63,930 bases of DNA. Origin: Reclinomonas americana ATCC 50394. Its lineage: Eukaryota. Location: positions 223,208 through 287,137 of the forward strand of contig PS015024.1 in NCBI GenBank assembly GCA_048213135.1, given 5' to 3'. The position numbers and the translations under genes are program-made. This document shows positions 1 through 11,500 of this stretch, one piece after another. Every line of letters begins with the position of its first letter. Position 1 is the stretch's first letter. Below the pieces are notes generated by a model, which saw only the letters and a list, made by a program, of their open reading frames with translations, was not told the DNA's origin and made no database searches.

Positions 1-1398
1 AGGGCGACCGCCCACGCTCCGCCTTCTCCATTCCCGTGTATCGCGGCGACTCGCACCAACCATCACAGTTGCTGCGTGCGCGCAATGTGACCGCGTTGGA
101 CGACTCCACAGCGGCCGACGGCGAAGGTGGCGGCGGCGACGACTCGCGCCAGCGCAGTCGCACTCCACCGGCCAGCGCTGTTCTCGCACAGTTGGATGTC
201 ATGCAGCAGCACCAGCAGCAGCAGCAGCAGCGCTTGTCGTCGGCCGAGTCGAGACCATCAGAACAGGCAGGTCTGGCCGAAGACCTCAAGGAGGAGATGT
301 TTGGCGACCGGCACGGCTCCCTGCGGAGTTCTACAGGCGACGGTGTGTTGTCGCGTGCCGAGAGTGCCATGGTACGCTCGTCGCGACAGACACTGGCACC
401 GGTGGGGGTCACTCCGCGTTTGGACGATATCGAGGTGCTGTCGCCGGCCAGTGCGTTGACGGGCGAGTCTACGTTTGATGCCGAGGCCGGTCGTGTGTAC
501 GACGCCATCCTCTCACGGCAGCACTCGCTGGGCGCTGTGAGTGGCGCGAGCAGTACGGCCATGGCTGCGGCCGCAACTGGCGGCGCAGCTGATGATTTTG
601 AGACGGGCGAGCGCACTCTGCCACCTGTGCAACTCTCGCGCTCTGGCACTGGTGCTCTACTTCCGCCTCCGCCACCGCCACCTCCTCCAACCCTTCCCGC
701 ACCTCCTCCCGCATCTGGACGTCCGCGATCAGTTGCGTCGCGATGTGGATTTTGTGTGGCCTTTTTGGGGCGTAATGAGGTTCGAATGTTCGAGAATGCT
801 AACCACTTCACTTCCTCGCCCAATTCGTATGTGTATATTTGTGCCCGAAACAAATCAACAGGGCTCGTTGCGTCGCCGCGGCAGTGCTGCATCATCGGCG
901 TCCTCGTCCCCGGCCAAGCCACTGGGATCGTCTTCATTAGTCGACGATGAGACATTGCCACACAGTGGTCGCCGCTCGCCGGTCTCTGCCGGCGTCATAC
1001 GGTCACCATCGGTGGAGGCCCTGGAGGCTGCAGCTGCAGCAGCGGCCGCTGTAACTGCATCGTCCACCACCACGGGCGGAGTGCCCGTTGCGGTCAGCGG
1101 AAATACGGCCATCAGCGCAACGCAGGCGGAAGCGATTGCCGTTTCCGGTGGTGTGCCGCCATCGTTGATTTTGACGCCACTGCAAGTTCCGTCGCCGACT
1201 GCATCGCCGACTGCCAGCAGTGGTGGTCCGGGCCCGGTTTTGTGGCCTCCACCACCGGCACGAGCGCCACTGACGCGACACCCATTCGACGACGATGATG
1301 ATGATGACGATGACGACGACGAAGAGGAGGAGGATGACGATGATGAGGATGCTAGTAGTGATGACGATGCTGGTGCAGGTGCGACTGCACCTAGGTAG
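1..1398 (+). CDS. Low-complexity, disordered protein (S/A/P/Q-rich with acidic D/E tail), 5' end outside the window
   Basis: ORF 36..950 joins ORF 541..1398 in frame through intron 732..861 (GTTGCG...CAG). Poly-Q, poly-P and poly-D/E tracts. No recognisable domain. Confidence 0.55.
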
Positions 1399-2427
1399 TC
1401 TTTGTTTTGTGTTGTGTTTGTCGTGTAAAGCCTGGTCGATATTCGACTTCGATTTTCACCCCNNNNNNNNNNNNNNNNNNNNTCTCACTCACGGTCGCGT
1501 CCGTGTTCAACTTGAGCGGAGTTGCGGTCGCATGGACACACAGCACCCGTCTTGTGGTGTGCACGCATGCGCGCGCACGCGTGCGTGCGTGTGGGGGTGA
1601 TTCAGAGGACAACACACACGAGCGTGGAGGGTGTTTTGCGCAGCGCTGCGAATCACGGTTTTCGAGTTGCATGATTCGTTTGCCCGCCCCCGTCTTTCAC
1701 GCCAGACTACACCTGCACATGTGCACACTCGTGGCGTGTGCACAACACCCCTACCACAGAGCGAGTCGCACAACGGCCACACGCGACCAGTCGCATGGGG
1801 GACATATTCCCAAAGAGGTGTTTCGCGCCGGAGCCGTCGATATCTTGTGGTTGCCGCATTTGTGCGGACCGTTTTGTGACTGCTCTGCGCGTGTCTCTCT
1901 CCACGCGTCGCTCTGTGTTCGTGTGTGTACCCACATGCGGGCCCGCTTTTCCCTGCCATGTTCGAGGCAAGTGCAAGTTGAGAATGCATGTATGATCGAT
2001 ATGCAGTCATGCTCGGAAATTGCCCGATTTGCCGATCACATTCACTGACCGCGCTTGTGTGTGTGCGCACACGCTCAACTCGCACACAAACGCACACACA
2101 GTGGCAGTTGTTTGTGCGCGTTTCTGCAACACTTGCACACGACAGAGACAGTGAAAGGAAGAGAGAGACAGAGACACAAACGCGTCCGTGTTGTAGCTGT
2201 TGTTAATACGCGCACCTTGGACGACGATCCCGGACTCACACTCCACTCGCACCCTCACTCGCACACCTTTCTGTGCGAGTGTGCGTGTGCGTGTGCGTGT
2301 CATTGGCGGCACTTGTGTGCGTGTGTGAAAACCAGTGAGGCAGCCTCATGGTGCGTGTGTGCGCGCGCGCGTCAATAGCGCAACATGTTTGCTCAAACGC
2401 TCACTTCTCTCTCTCACACGCACACAG

Positions 2428-5069
2428 TTTGGCCTCTTCTCCATCTCCACCAAGGAGGGAGGAGAACCGCAGCCATTATACCCATGTGGTGCGCTCTCAT
2501 ACACACACTATGCCTCATTGATTACGTTGTATTGATCTCTCTCTCTCTCTATCACAGACCTATGCGAAAAGGTCTTCACCTCGCAAGGCAACATGCGACG
2601 ACACAGGACAGTGGCTCACCGTGGTGCGCCTCCACCTCCTCCACTGGAGCAACTGGTGGTCATGTCGCCGACATTCATCAGTCGCACGGAGAAGTATGGA
2701 GCCTCGGTGCAGCCTGTGCTCGGCATCAAGCCATCGCCTACTAGTAGTCACGCTGTTGATGATGATGATGAAGGCTATGATGGAGGGGATCAGCTGCAAC
2801 AGCAACGGCAACGAGACGAGGAGCTGTTGGCCATGAGCAGACGACGATCGTCGATTGCGGTGGTTGCTCCGTCGGCGACGGCCGCGGGAAGGAGAGGTCG
2901 TCGCGCGAGTGCAGAGGATGCGTTTAGCAATGCGACGCTGGAGAGTGGCAGCGGCGGCGGCGGTGACAGTGGCAGCAGTCGGATGGAGAGCGATCGCGAG
3001 AGCGGAGTCGAAGCGTTGATGAGAATGCCGTCCGGTCGAGGTTCATTCGCCTGTCTTTGTTTGCTCTGTCATTGTTAGTTGCTGACTGTGCGTGCGCAGG
3101 TGCGTTCATGTCGGCGGAGATTGTGTTTGAGCCGGCGCTGTCGTCGTCGGGCGGCAGTCACACGGGGTCGGTGTCGTCGGTGACGTCGCGCACGGGTGCC
3201 AGCCACATGTCGAGTGTGATTGCGAGCGAACGGAGTGGCCTGCGTGGGGCGGCGGTGGTGCCGAGCAGTCGGCATGTGTCGCTGTCGTCGTGGCAGGATG
3301 CTACGGGCGGTAATGAGGATTACACGACGCTGTCGCGGCACTCGTCCGAGTCGTCGTTTGGCGACTCGTCGCGGCGGCCGCCGAGCTCCAATGTCAGCGA
3401 GGGCCGTCGTGCCTCGGAGTCACTGGCCATTCACGAGGGCACGGGCCAGCTGCGCCCGGTTACGGCTCAAGTGGAGATGCCGTTGTCGGCCGTGCTGTTT
3501 CCGCGCAGTGGCAGCAGTTCGCGCATGACGGCGTCTCGGCGCTCGTCGCACTCCTCGTCAGGTCGCTCGCTGCTCGCCTCTCGCCGCTCCTCCCACTCGT
3601 CGTCTGGTCGGTCGTTGGTGGCGGCTGGCCAGCGGGCGGCGGCGCTACTAGACACCACCAACATTATCATGGACGAGGAGGAGTCGGAGGAAGAGGAAGA
3701 CGAGGAAGAAGAAGAAGAGGAGGAAGAGGCAGCGGCGGCAGAAGGCCAAGGACACGCAGCAAGAGATCGAGAGCAAGGGCGTTCTCGGAGTGGCAGTGGT
3801 GGCGACGGCGACGGAGACCACGGCATGTGGGCGCGGAAGCGCGAACGTGCATCCGACAAAACGGGTGACACGACAGCATCGCGTGGCATGGCCATTGATC
3901 TGTCGTCGATGCACGCGGAGGACATTGAGGATGGAGACGACAGCGAGCAAGGGCCGTTCACACCGGGTGCTGGGCCGTCGCCGTCGCGCCCCTCCATACC
4001 GGCAGCGGCCGACTCTCACCTTTATCACCGACAACCTCAGTCTGCCTGGGCGGCCTCGGCGCCGGCTCCGCCACCTCCGTCATTAGCTGCTGATTCGCGA
4101 CAGAGCAGCCGCCATTATCAGCAACAACAACAACAGCCGCCGCAGCAACAACAACATCACCAGCCGTCGTATCAACAATTACCGTCACCTGCTTCATTAT
4201 CGCCGTCGCTATCACAACAGTTCCGTCAACATTCCCAGCCTCAGCAACAACAACAACAGCCGTTGTCGCATTTCCACCATCGACACAACACCATATTACT
4301 GCATCAATCTCCGGCCAACGTCGCAGCAGCGCCCATGCTTCCTGCACCGCCATTACTGTACCACGCGCATCAATATCACGCGCCGCCACAGTTTACACCT
4401 CTCGCTGGCTACGGTTCCGCGTCTTCGTCGTCCTCGTCAACCTCGTCGTCACCGCTGCCGATGTCGTCGACACCGTCGCCGGCAATGTCACCTGCGCCAT
4501 CGCCCTCCATAATGTACGGGGCCGGTGGCAGTCGGAGTGGCAACAGAAGTCCGGTGCTGCACGGCCGCAGCGGTGCTTACGGGCATGCCTCGCCGCCGGC
4601 CACTGGCCCGCTCGCCACCATCCACGCACTCCGGCAACAAATGGGCTTGGTCGCCGACGCGGAAATGATGTCCATGGACGAGACGGAGGCCGCCGAGGCC
4701 GCCGCAGCCGCTGCGGTACTCCAGCAAGTGCGGATGAGTGCGCCGTCGGACATTGGCGCGCTGATGCGGCAGGCGCCGCCGCGGCACTCGTCGGATGTGG
4801 AGATTCAAGAGTTGATATCGCGGAGCATGGGCGCTCCGGGCTCCGCTGCACCCACGCCCCCCCTCAATGATTCTTTAGGGAGCGACCGGGACGCAGACGG
4901 CGCTGCGGGAGACGGTGGCGACGGAGCGGGTGGCGATGACGGCTTTAGTCGAGCGAGTGGCAGTGGCACGGAGGAGAGCGGCAGTGTGGATGGGTCGCGG
5001 CCGATGGACGCTGACCAGGAGGGTCTGCGAGAGGCACGGCGATCGCTGGCTCGCGCTTTGTGGAGATAG
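2428..5069 (+). CDS. C2H2 zinc-finger protein with a long disordered S/E/Q/P-rich tail (putative transcription factor); 5' exons unresolved
   Basis: Removing intron 2489..2557 gives YPCDLCEKVFTSQGNMRRHRTVAH (C-x2-C-x3-F-x8-H-x4-H). Intron ~3041..3099 joins this to the long ORF ending at 5069. Confidence 0.7.
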
Positions 5070-5308
5070 AAGTGGTGGTAATAGTCTGGCCCATACCGGT
5101 AATGATGCTTTCTTTTCACTGTTATCTTCTCCGCTCGTCGTAATCGTTGTCGATTTTCTGCTCTGCGTCTCGGTTTTCTTTTTTGTTTGATTTCTTTGTT
5201 GTTTTGTTGTTGTTGTTGTTGTTGTTGTTGTCGCTTGTTTGCTTGCAGCGTTAGGCATAAGTTTTGAACACGAGAAGAGAGTACATGAAAAGCACACATC
5301 CACGTATA

Positions 5309-5954
5309 TCACTTGCTCTGCTGCTGCTGTTGCTGTTGTTGTGTTGGACTTGAGCTGCCAGCAGGCTTCTTGTGCGGTCGCACCTCGGCCACCAAGTGAG
5401 CCACGTACGCCAGCAGCCCACTGCCGGTGAGCACCAGCAGCGTCCAGTACGACTTTTGATGCAACGAGTCCTTTACCACACAATGCTGCATGTCAGCGCC
5501 ACGAGACAAGAAGAAGAAGAAGGACCGGTTACAAAGAGCGCACCTTTCTAAAGTCACTGAGACGACCACCAAAGAGCGCCAGCCACGCGACCAAGACCAC
5601 TTGTGTGGACAAGATCAGCGGGCGATTGGTGGGTGCCAGGAACAAGATCAGTGCCAAGAAGAGCGACGCCAGCAGCAGCGACAAGGCCGAGAACTCGTAA
5701 TGCATGTAGAAGAAGCGACGAGCGAGGCTAACAAAGCTCGTGAGAAAGCATGCGGAAGGGAAGCAGAGTGGAGCAGGAACGCAACTCGGCATTGGCACCG
5801 AGCGAGTCCACGTAATGAGTGAGCTCATCCATGTGCACCGTCCCTTCGCCACTCTCCTTGACACCAAAGAACGCCATGTTACCGGGTCGATCGAGGTTCC
5901 ACGGGTCGGGCGACATGAGCTGCAGAGTGGCCAGCATCAGCCCGAGGGTCGCCG

Positions 5955-5958
<4 letters not shown>
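5309..5958 (-). CDS. Hypothetical multi-pass membrane protein, 5' part lost in the gap
   Basis: Spliceable minus-strand exons with hydrophobic segments FSALSLLLASLFLALILFLAP, LILSTQVVLVAWLALFGG and YWTLLVLTGSGLLAYVAHLV. Ends QQQQSK*. Confidence 0.5.
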
Positions 5959-6038
<80 letters not shown>

Positions 6039-6058
6039 CGACACACACACACACACAC
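5958..6058. repeat. (CA)n microsatellite, intronic, at a contig end
   Basis: About 50 CA units running into the N gap. Confidence 0.95.
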
Positions 6059-6244
6059 NNNNNNNNNNNNNNNNNNNNNNNNNNNNNNNNNNNNNNNNNN
6101 NNNNNNNNNNNNNNNNNNNNNNNNNNNNNNNNNNNNNNNNNNNNNNNNNNNNNNNNNNNNNNNNNNNNNNNNNNNNNNNNNNNNNNNNNNNNNNNNNNNN
6201 NNNNNNNNNNNNNNNNNNNNNNNNNNNNNNNNNNNNNNNNNNNN

Positions 6245-8508
6245 AACGGGAGAGCAGCAGTGTTGCCTCTGCGGAGTCGCTGGCGGTGGAGAACAGGGAG
6301 CTGCGGGTGGAGCTGGAGGAGCTGAAAAAGGAGTTTGTCGATCTCAGGAATCAGGAGGTGGTGATTGAGAGGCTGCAGACGGAGCTGATGGAGATGCGGG
6401 CAGAGGTGAGGCAGCGGCGAAGCGCGTGTGCACTCTGCAGCTGCACTCTTTCTGTCTCTCAAGCACGCGAGAGTGCAGATTGAGCGCAAGGTGAATGAAA
6501 AGGTGAAGCAGCGTCAGACGGTGTGGCTGGAGGAGCACCGAGCGGAGCTGGAGCTGAGCCGCACGCGGTGAGGCGCTGTCATGCTGCTGCTGGTGTGCGA
6601 GTGTTTGTCTCTGACGCACGCACAGCGAAGCAGCCGCGCGATCCGAGGCCGAGACGCTCCGTGCAGAGAACGGCAAGCTGCGAGTGGAGGTCACCGAGTT
6701 GAAGACGAGTCTGTTTGCGGCCAAAGAGAAGCAGAGTGAGTGAGTGGCGAGTAGCAGAGCACGGTGAATCTTCTTCCCTCAACGTTGCCATTAGGTGGCA
6801 CGGACACTGGACTGCAGGCGCAAGTCGACTTCCTGTCGGCGGAGCTGGAGCGCCTGCAAGGCGAATTGCACACGGCTAACGAACGAGCGGTTTGTCGGCA
6901 GCCGCCTACGCTATCCCGCCGTTTCTTTCCTACGTTGTTGCTGACCTGTCGCCAGACACAGAGTGCCTCCAAGCAGGCCTCGGGGCGAGAGGACAGGTAC
7001 ATTCTGATTGCAACAGTCATCACGAGTTGTGACTCTCACCGATTCTTTCTCGCGATCGCATGCGCAGTCAGGCACGTGCAGTCGACGAGGAGTTCCGGGA
7101 ACTGGAGCAGTCGCTGCGTCGAGAGCTCGACGCAATGCGCGAGTACTCGGCGCAGCAGGAGCAGGAGCATATGGCCACAGAGAATGCACTCATTCAGCAA
7201 GTGGCTGCTCTGCGCTCCGCTGTCGCCACCAAAGTGCGTTGGACTGTGTGTGTGTGCGTGCGTGCTTCTAGGAGGGGAGGATACATCCTTTGCCAACAAT
7301 ACCACGTGCAGGAGAAGCAAGTTCTGCAACTAGAAAAACAGATCGAAGAGGCGCCATCACGAGAAGACTTTGATCGCGTGCGGTCGCAACTGCGTGTGTT
7401 GGAGGCCATGCAACTGGACGGTGATGGCGGTGATGGCGACGCGAGTGCACTGGCGCTGGAGAGCTCCACTGGTGGCGTATCAGCGGAAACAGTTGCGGGC
7501 TTGCGCATCGTGGCCCGGCGATTGCAGGACCAGGTCGTGCAACACAAGGTACGCGGTGGACAGCTTCTTCGCCGTGACCAGAGTCTCCGAAATGACTCAG
7601 CCTGCCACTCCTTCTCCCAGAATGCCCTGCAAGAGCGCACCGAAGAGCGTGACCGCCTTCAACAGCAGCTCGTCGCAGCTGAGACGCTCAGCTCTGATTT
7701 GCGCGCTGAAGTCGCCCGGCTGGAGGCGGCCAGCGAGCTGACTGCTGCACAGGCCGCCCCGTCCTTCGCCTTGTCGACTGTGATTACTGCTCCACACAAG
7801 GTATGTGTGTGCGTGTTCTTGCTTTCGATTCTGCACGCTACGTGTCACCCACGTTGCTCGACCGCAGCAGGGCGACAGCGACGCCGAAGCCATGCTCAAA
7901 ATCGTGACGGAGCAACGGGAACGGCACAAGCGCAAGTGTGCCGAACTGCAAGAGGTGACAGTCGGCCGATGCTTCCCCCGTCGCATGCGTTGTGCGTTCT
8001 ACACCTTCTCACAAATGCGCTTGCAGGAGGTCAACCACGCCAACGAACAGCTGTTCTTGACGCGACACGAAAACGAGAAGCTGACAGCCGACAATGTCAA
8101 GCTGTACGAGAAGATTCGCTTCCTGCAGAGTTACAAGGAGCGAGAGAGCGGCGGCTCTGCGTCGTCGTCTACGCTGTCCTCGGCTGCTGCGCGGCTCTCC
8201 GACCCCACAGAAACCAAGTACCGGCGTCTGTATGAGGATCAAGTGCACGTCGATCCGTACATGTCATTCAAGGCCAATGTGCGTCCTTTGCAGCCGATCG
8301 TCTCACCTTTTGTCACCTCGTAACGCCCGCCCTGCACGCACAGGAACGAGACGACAAGCTGCGGTCGCTGAATGCGGCGGAGCGCGTGACGTTGACCGTG
8401 TCGCGCATCATGCTGGGCAGTCGATACGGTCGGCTGTTTCTCCTCGTGTACTCAGTGCTGCTGCACTTGCTGGTGGTGGTCATCCTGTACAGATACGGTC
8501 GGCGGTGA
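6245..8508 (+). CDS. CASP: CASP / Coy1 golgin (CUX1 alternative-product family), 5' truncated by the gap
   Basis: N-terminal LRNQEVVIERL coiled coil. CASP_C motif MLKIVTEQRERHK...KLTADNVKLYEKIRFLQSY, then ETKYRRLYEDQ..VDPYMSF and a C-terminal anchor RLFLLVYSVLLHLLVVVILY containing the conserved Y and H. About 10 GT-AG introns. Confidence 0.9.
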
Positions 8509-8547
8509 TAACAGTGATTATAGATTCATTATATTTTCGCATTCTTG

Positions 8548-11500
8548 TTATTCCTCGCCGGAGCGAGGCAGTTGGAGTGGTGCCAGTCTAACTGGCACAA
8601 AATGCCTCCCTTCATCCCCAAGCTCACTCGGGTCACTGGAATCGAAAAAGGCGGAGTTTGTGACGCCGGTTGGCGACATGGTTGTGGGCGACAGCGGCTC
8701 CGCGTCCAAGGCCGCTCCATCGATCTCGGCCTCGTCAAGCACACTGGCGACGATTTCGAAATTCACGCCGCGTCGACACCACTCGCGCACGTCAAGGCCG
8801 TCGACTGCCTCGTGCTCGAGGCCGGCAAACTGGCCTTCGTCAATGTTCGACGAGCCGGCAAGCAGGACCACAAACTCGTCAAAGTCTATGCACTGCAAGC
8901 AGCAAAAGGGGAGTTGGTGTCAGCAGTTGCACAGAGAGCGGAAGTGAGAGATTTTAGGCACGGGTGCACGCAACTCCGTCGCCGTCGTCGTCAAACTCTG
9001 TGGTCATGGCCACGAGGTCGGCGTACGACCGCATCTCCCCGACTTCTTCGAGAATGGCACGCAGTTCGTCCTGGTCGATCTTGCCACTGCCGTCGGCATC
9101 GTATGTGTTGAACACCTCGCGCAGCTCTTCCACCGAAGATCCTTGCAGCGATGACACGNNNNNNNNNNNNNNNNNNNNNNNNNNNNNNNNNNNNNNNNNN
9201 NNNNNNNNNNNNNNNNNNNNNNNNNNNNNNNNNNNNNNNNNNNNNNNNNNNNNNNNNNNNNNNNNNNNNNNNNNNNNNNNNNNNNNNNNNNNNNNNNNNN
9301 NNNNNNNNNNNNNNNNNNNNNNNNNNNNNNNNNNNNNNNNNNNNNNNNNNNNNNNNNNNNNNNNNNNNNNNNNNNNNNNNNNNNNNNNNNNNNNNNNNNN
9401 NNNNNNNNNNNNNNNNNNNNNNNNNNNNNNNNNNNNNNNNNNNNNNNNNNNNNNNNNNNNNNNNNATCACACTGCAGAATTCGTTCCAATCGATTTCCTA
9501 GAGAGGTGATAGTGCGTGCGGTAAGTTGCGATGGCGTCGCCACAAGAAAAGAGGAGCTGTGAGGCACTCACCAGATCGCCGTCGTCGTCACACTTGACGA
9601 TAATGTCACGAACTTCGTTTTCTGTCGGCGACTGCCCGAGACAGCGCAGGCAAATGCCCAGCTCCTCCGGCGTCAGCACGTGATTCCCGTCTGCGTCAAA
9701 CACCTCAAATGCCAACTGCATGCATTGGCCCAGTGGGGGCAGTCCGGGCAGTTGAATGGCATTCAGCTCCTCCAGTGGCACCGGATCGTTGATGAGGCGA
9801 TGGCGCACATGAGGTGGCAGCTCGCGCGAGTAGCGAATCAACGTCGGCCGCAGTCGTTGAAGCAGAGAGTAATTCTGCGGCTCTTCCTTTTCGAATTCGA
9901 GGCGTGTACGGAACGCATTGACAGCGGCCTTCATGCGGAGCCACGCCATGTCGTGGATTGCACTCTTCAGTTGCATAGAGCGTTGATGTTGCTCAAGCAG
10001 GCTGTGTGAGGGGTGGTGTGAGTGTAGGTGAACAATGCTGGTGCACAATGTTGGAGAGAACTCAACGTTAGGTACTCTGGACCGAGTGCGTTGCGCGCCA
10101 GCACCACCAGTGTCGACTGGAAGTGGGCCATGTCGAGAGCGAGGCCGACCTCCTTCATGTACTCGCGCAACTCAAAGTTGAACGTCTTTAGTCGAGCGCG
10201 TGTCACCGTAACCGGTTTGACAAGTGGATGGCCGAGCTCGGTGAGATCCTCCAGCACGACTTGCAGCTGGCGCCAGTGCATGCGATTGCGACCGCCGCTG
10301 ATTTCCTGCCACGCGTCTTGGAATCTGCACGATGGCGGTGAGTGCATGCTGCNNNNNNNNNNNNNNNNNNNNNNNNNNNNNNNNNNNNNNNNNNNNNNNN
10401 NNNNNNNNNNNNNNNNNNNNNNNNNNNNNNNNNNNNNNNNNNNNNNNGATTGCTGCTCATATGCAACGCTGCGCAACTTTTGCATATCGTCCTTCGAGAT
10501 TACAAAGGTGGCCTTGCGGTACACGTGCCCGAACTCGTCCAGAATAATCGCCACCACCAGGTTGAGGAACACAAAGGCCAGGAAGGCGTACACAAACACG
10601 AAAAATATGTACACCAGAGCCGGTTGGCCGCAGTAGGGCTCCGCACAAAACGGTTTTTGCACCGCAAGGTCGCGCATGACGCACTGCCAGTTGTCGGCTG
10701 AGAAGGGAGGTACGAGTCACAAGGGCGGTAAAAGAAGTGCACAGCGGTTATAGACACAAAAGACGAACCTGTTGTCACCCGCATGACCGTCAAGAAGGCG
10801 GGCACGAAGGAGCGGAAGTTGGCCTGTCGGTTGAGGCAGCTGCCGAAGCGTACGGTGCCGAACTGTTGCACGCCGAGTGTCGCGAAAATCACCACAAAGA
10901 TGAAGAAGACAAATGTGGTGTTGATCAGTCGCGGCAGCGCGGAACTGTACGACAGTTCGAGGGTTAGACGCAGATATAACACGGCGTTCTCGTCGAGCAG
11001 TCAGGGAGCACGCAACATCAAGGTCTCGAAGATGAGCCGCGTCGGCCGATAAATGTGCACGAGACGCAGAATTCGCAAGATGCGCGAAATGTCTTGAATG
11101 GCGTACCCCACCGACGCCACCTCAGACACACTGCTGAATGTCATGAACCAGCCGAGCCAGGAGCCGACAATGATGGAAAAGTCAAACACATGCCATCCCG
11201 ATTGCATGAAATATCCGCTGTGTGCAGATAGGCAGACGCATCCTGTCAGTCTCGCGCAGCAACTCTAAAGCACGCACAAATTCAATAAGAAAACGCACCC
11301 CGGTAGATAGGCTGTCATGCGAATCACGGCTTCGACAGTGAACACGGCGAGGAACATGAAGTTTCCGATGTTGATGGCATCCGAGACAGCCTGCGACTGA
11401 CCAAAGTGGCGCACTGCCAACAGGGCGGTGTTGCCGACCACACAAAAGAGGATGGCACTGCATCGCGCACAATATTATCGAATACTGTCTTTCTTGTGAA

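Noticed and set aside
1483-2420. Several 60-200 aa ORFs rich in C/V/H/T
   Set aside because: These are translations of GT/CA microsatellite-rich intronic or intergenic DNA. I could not build a coherent exon chain.
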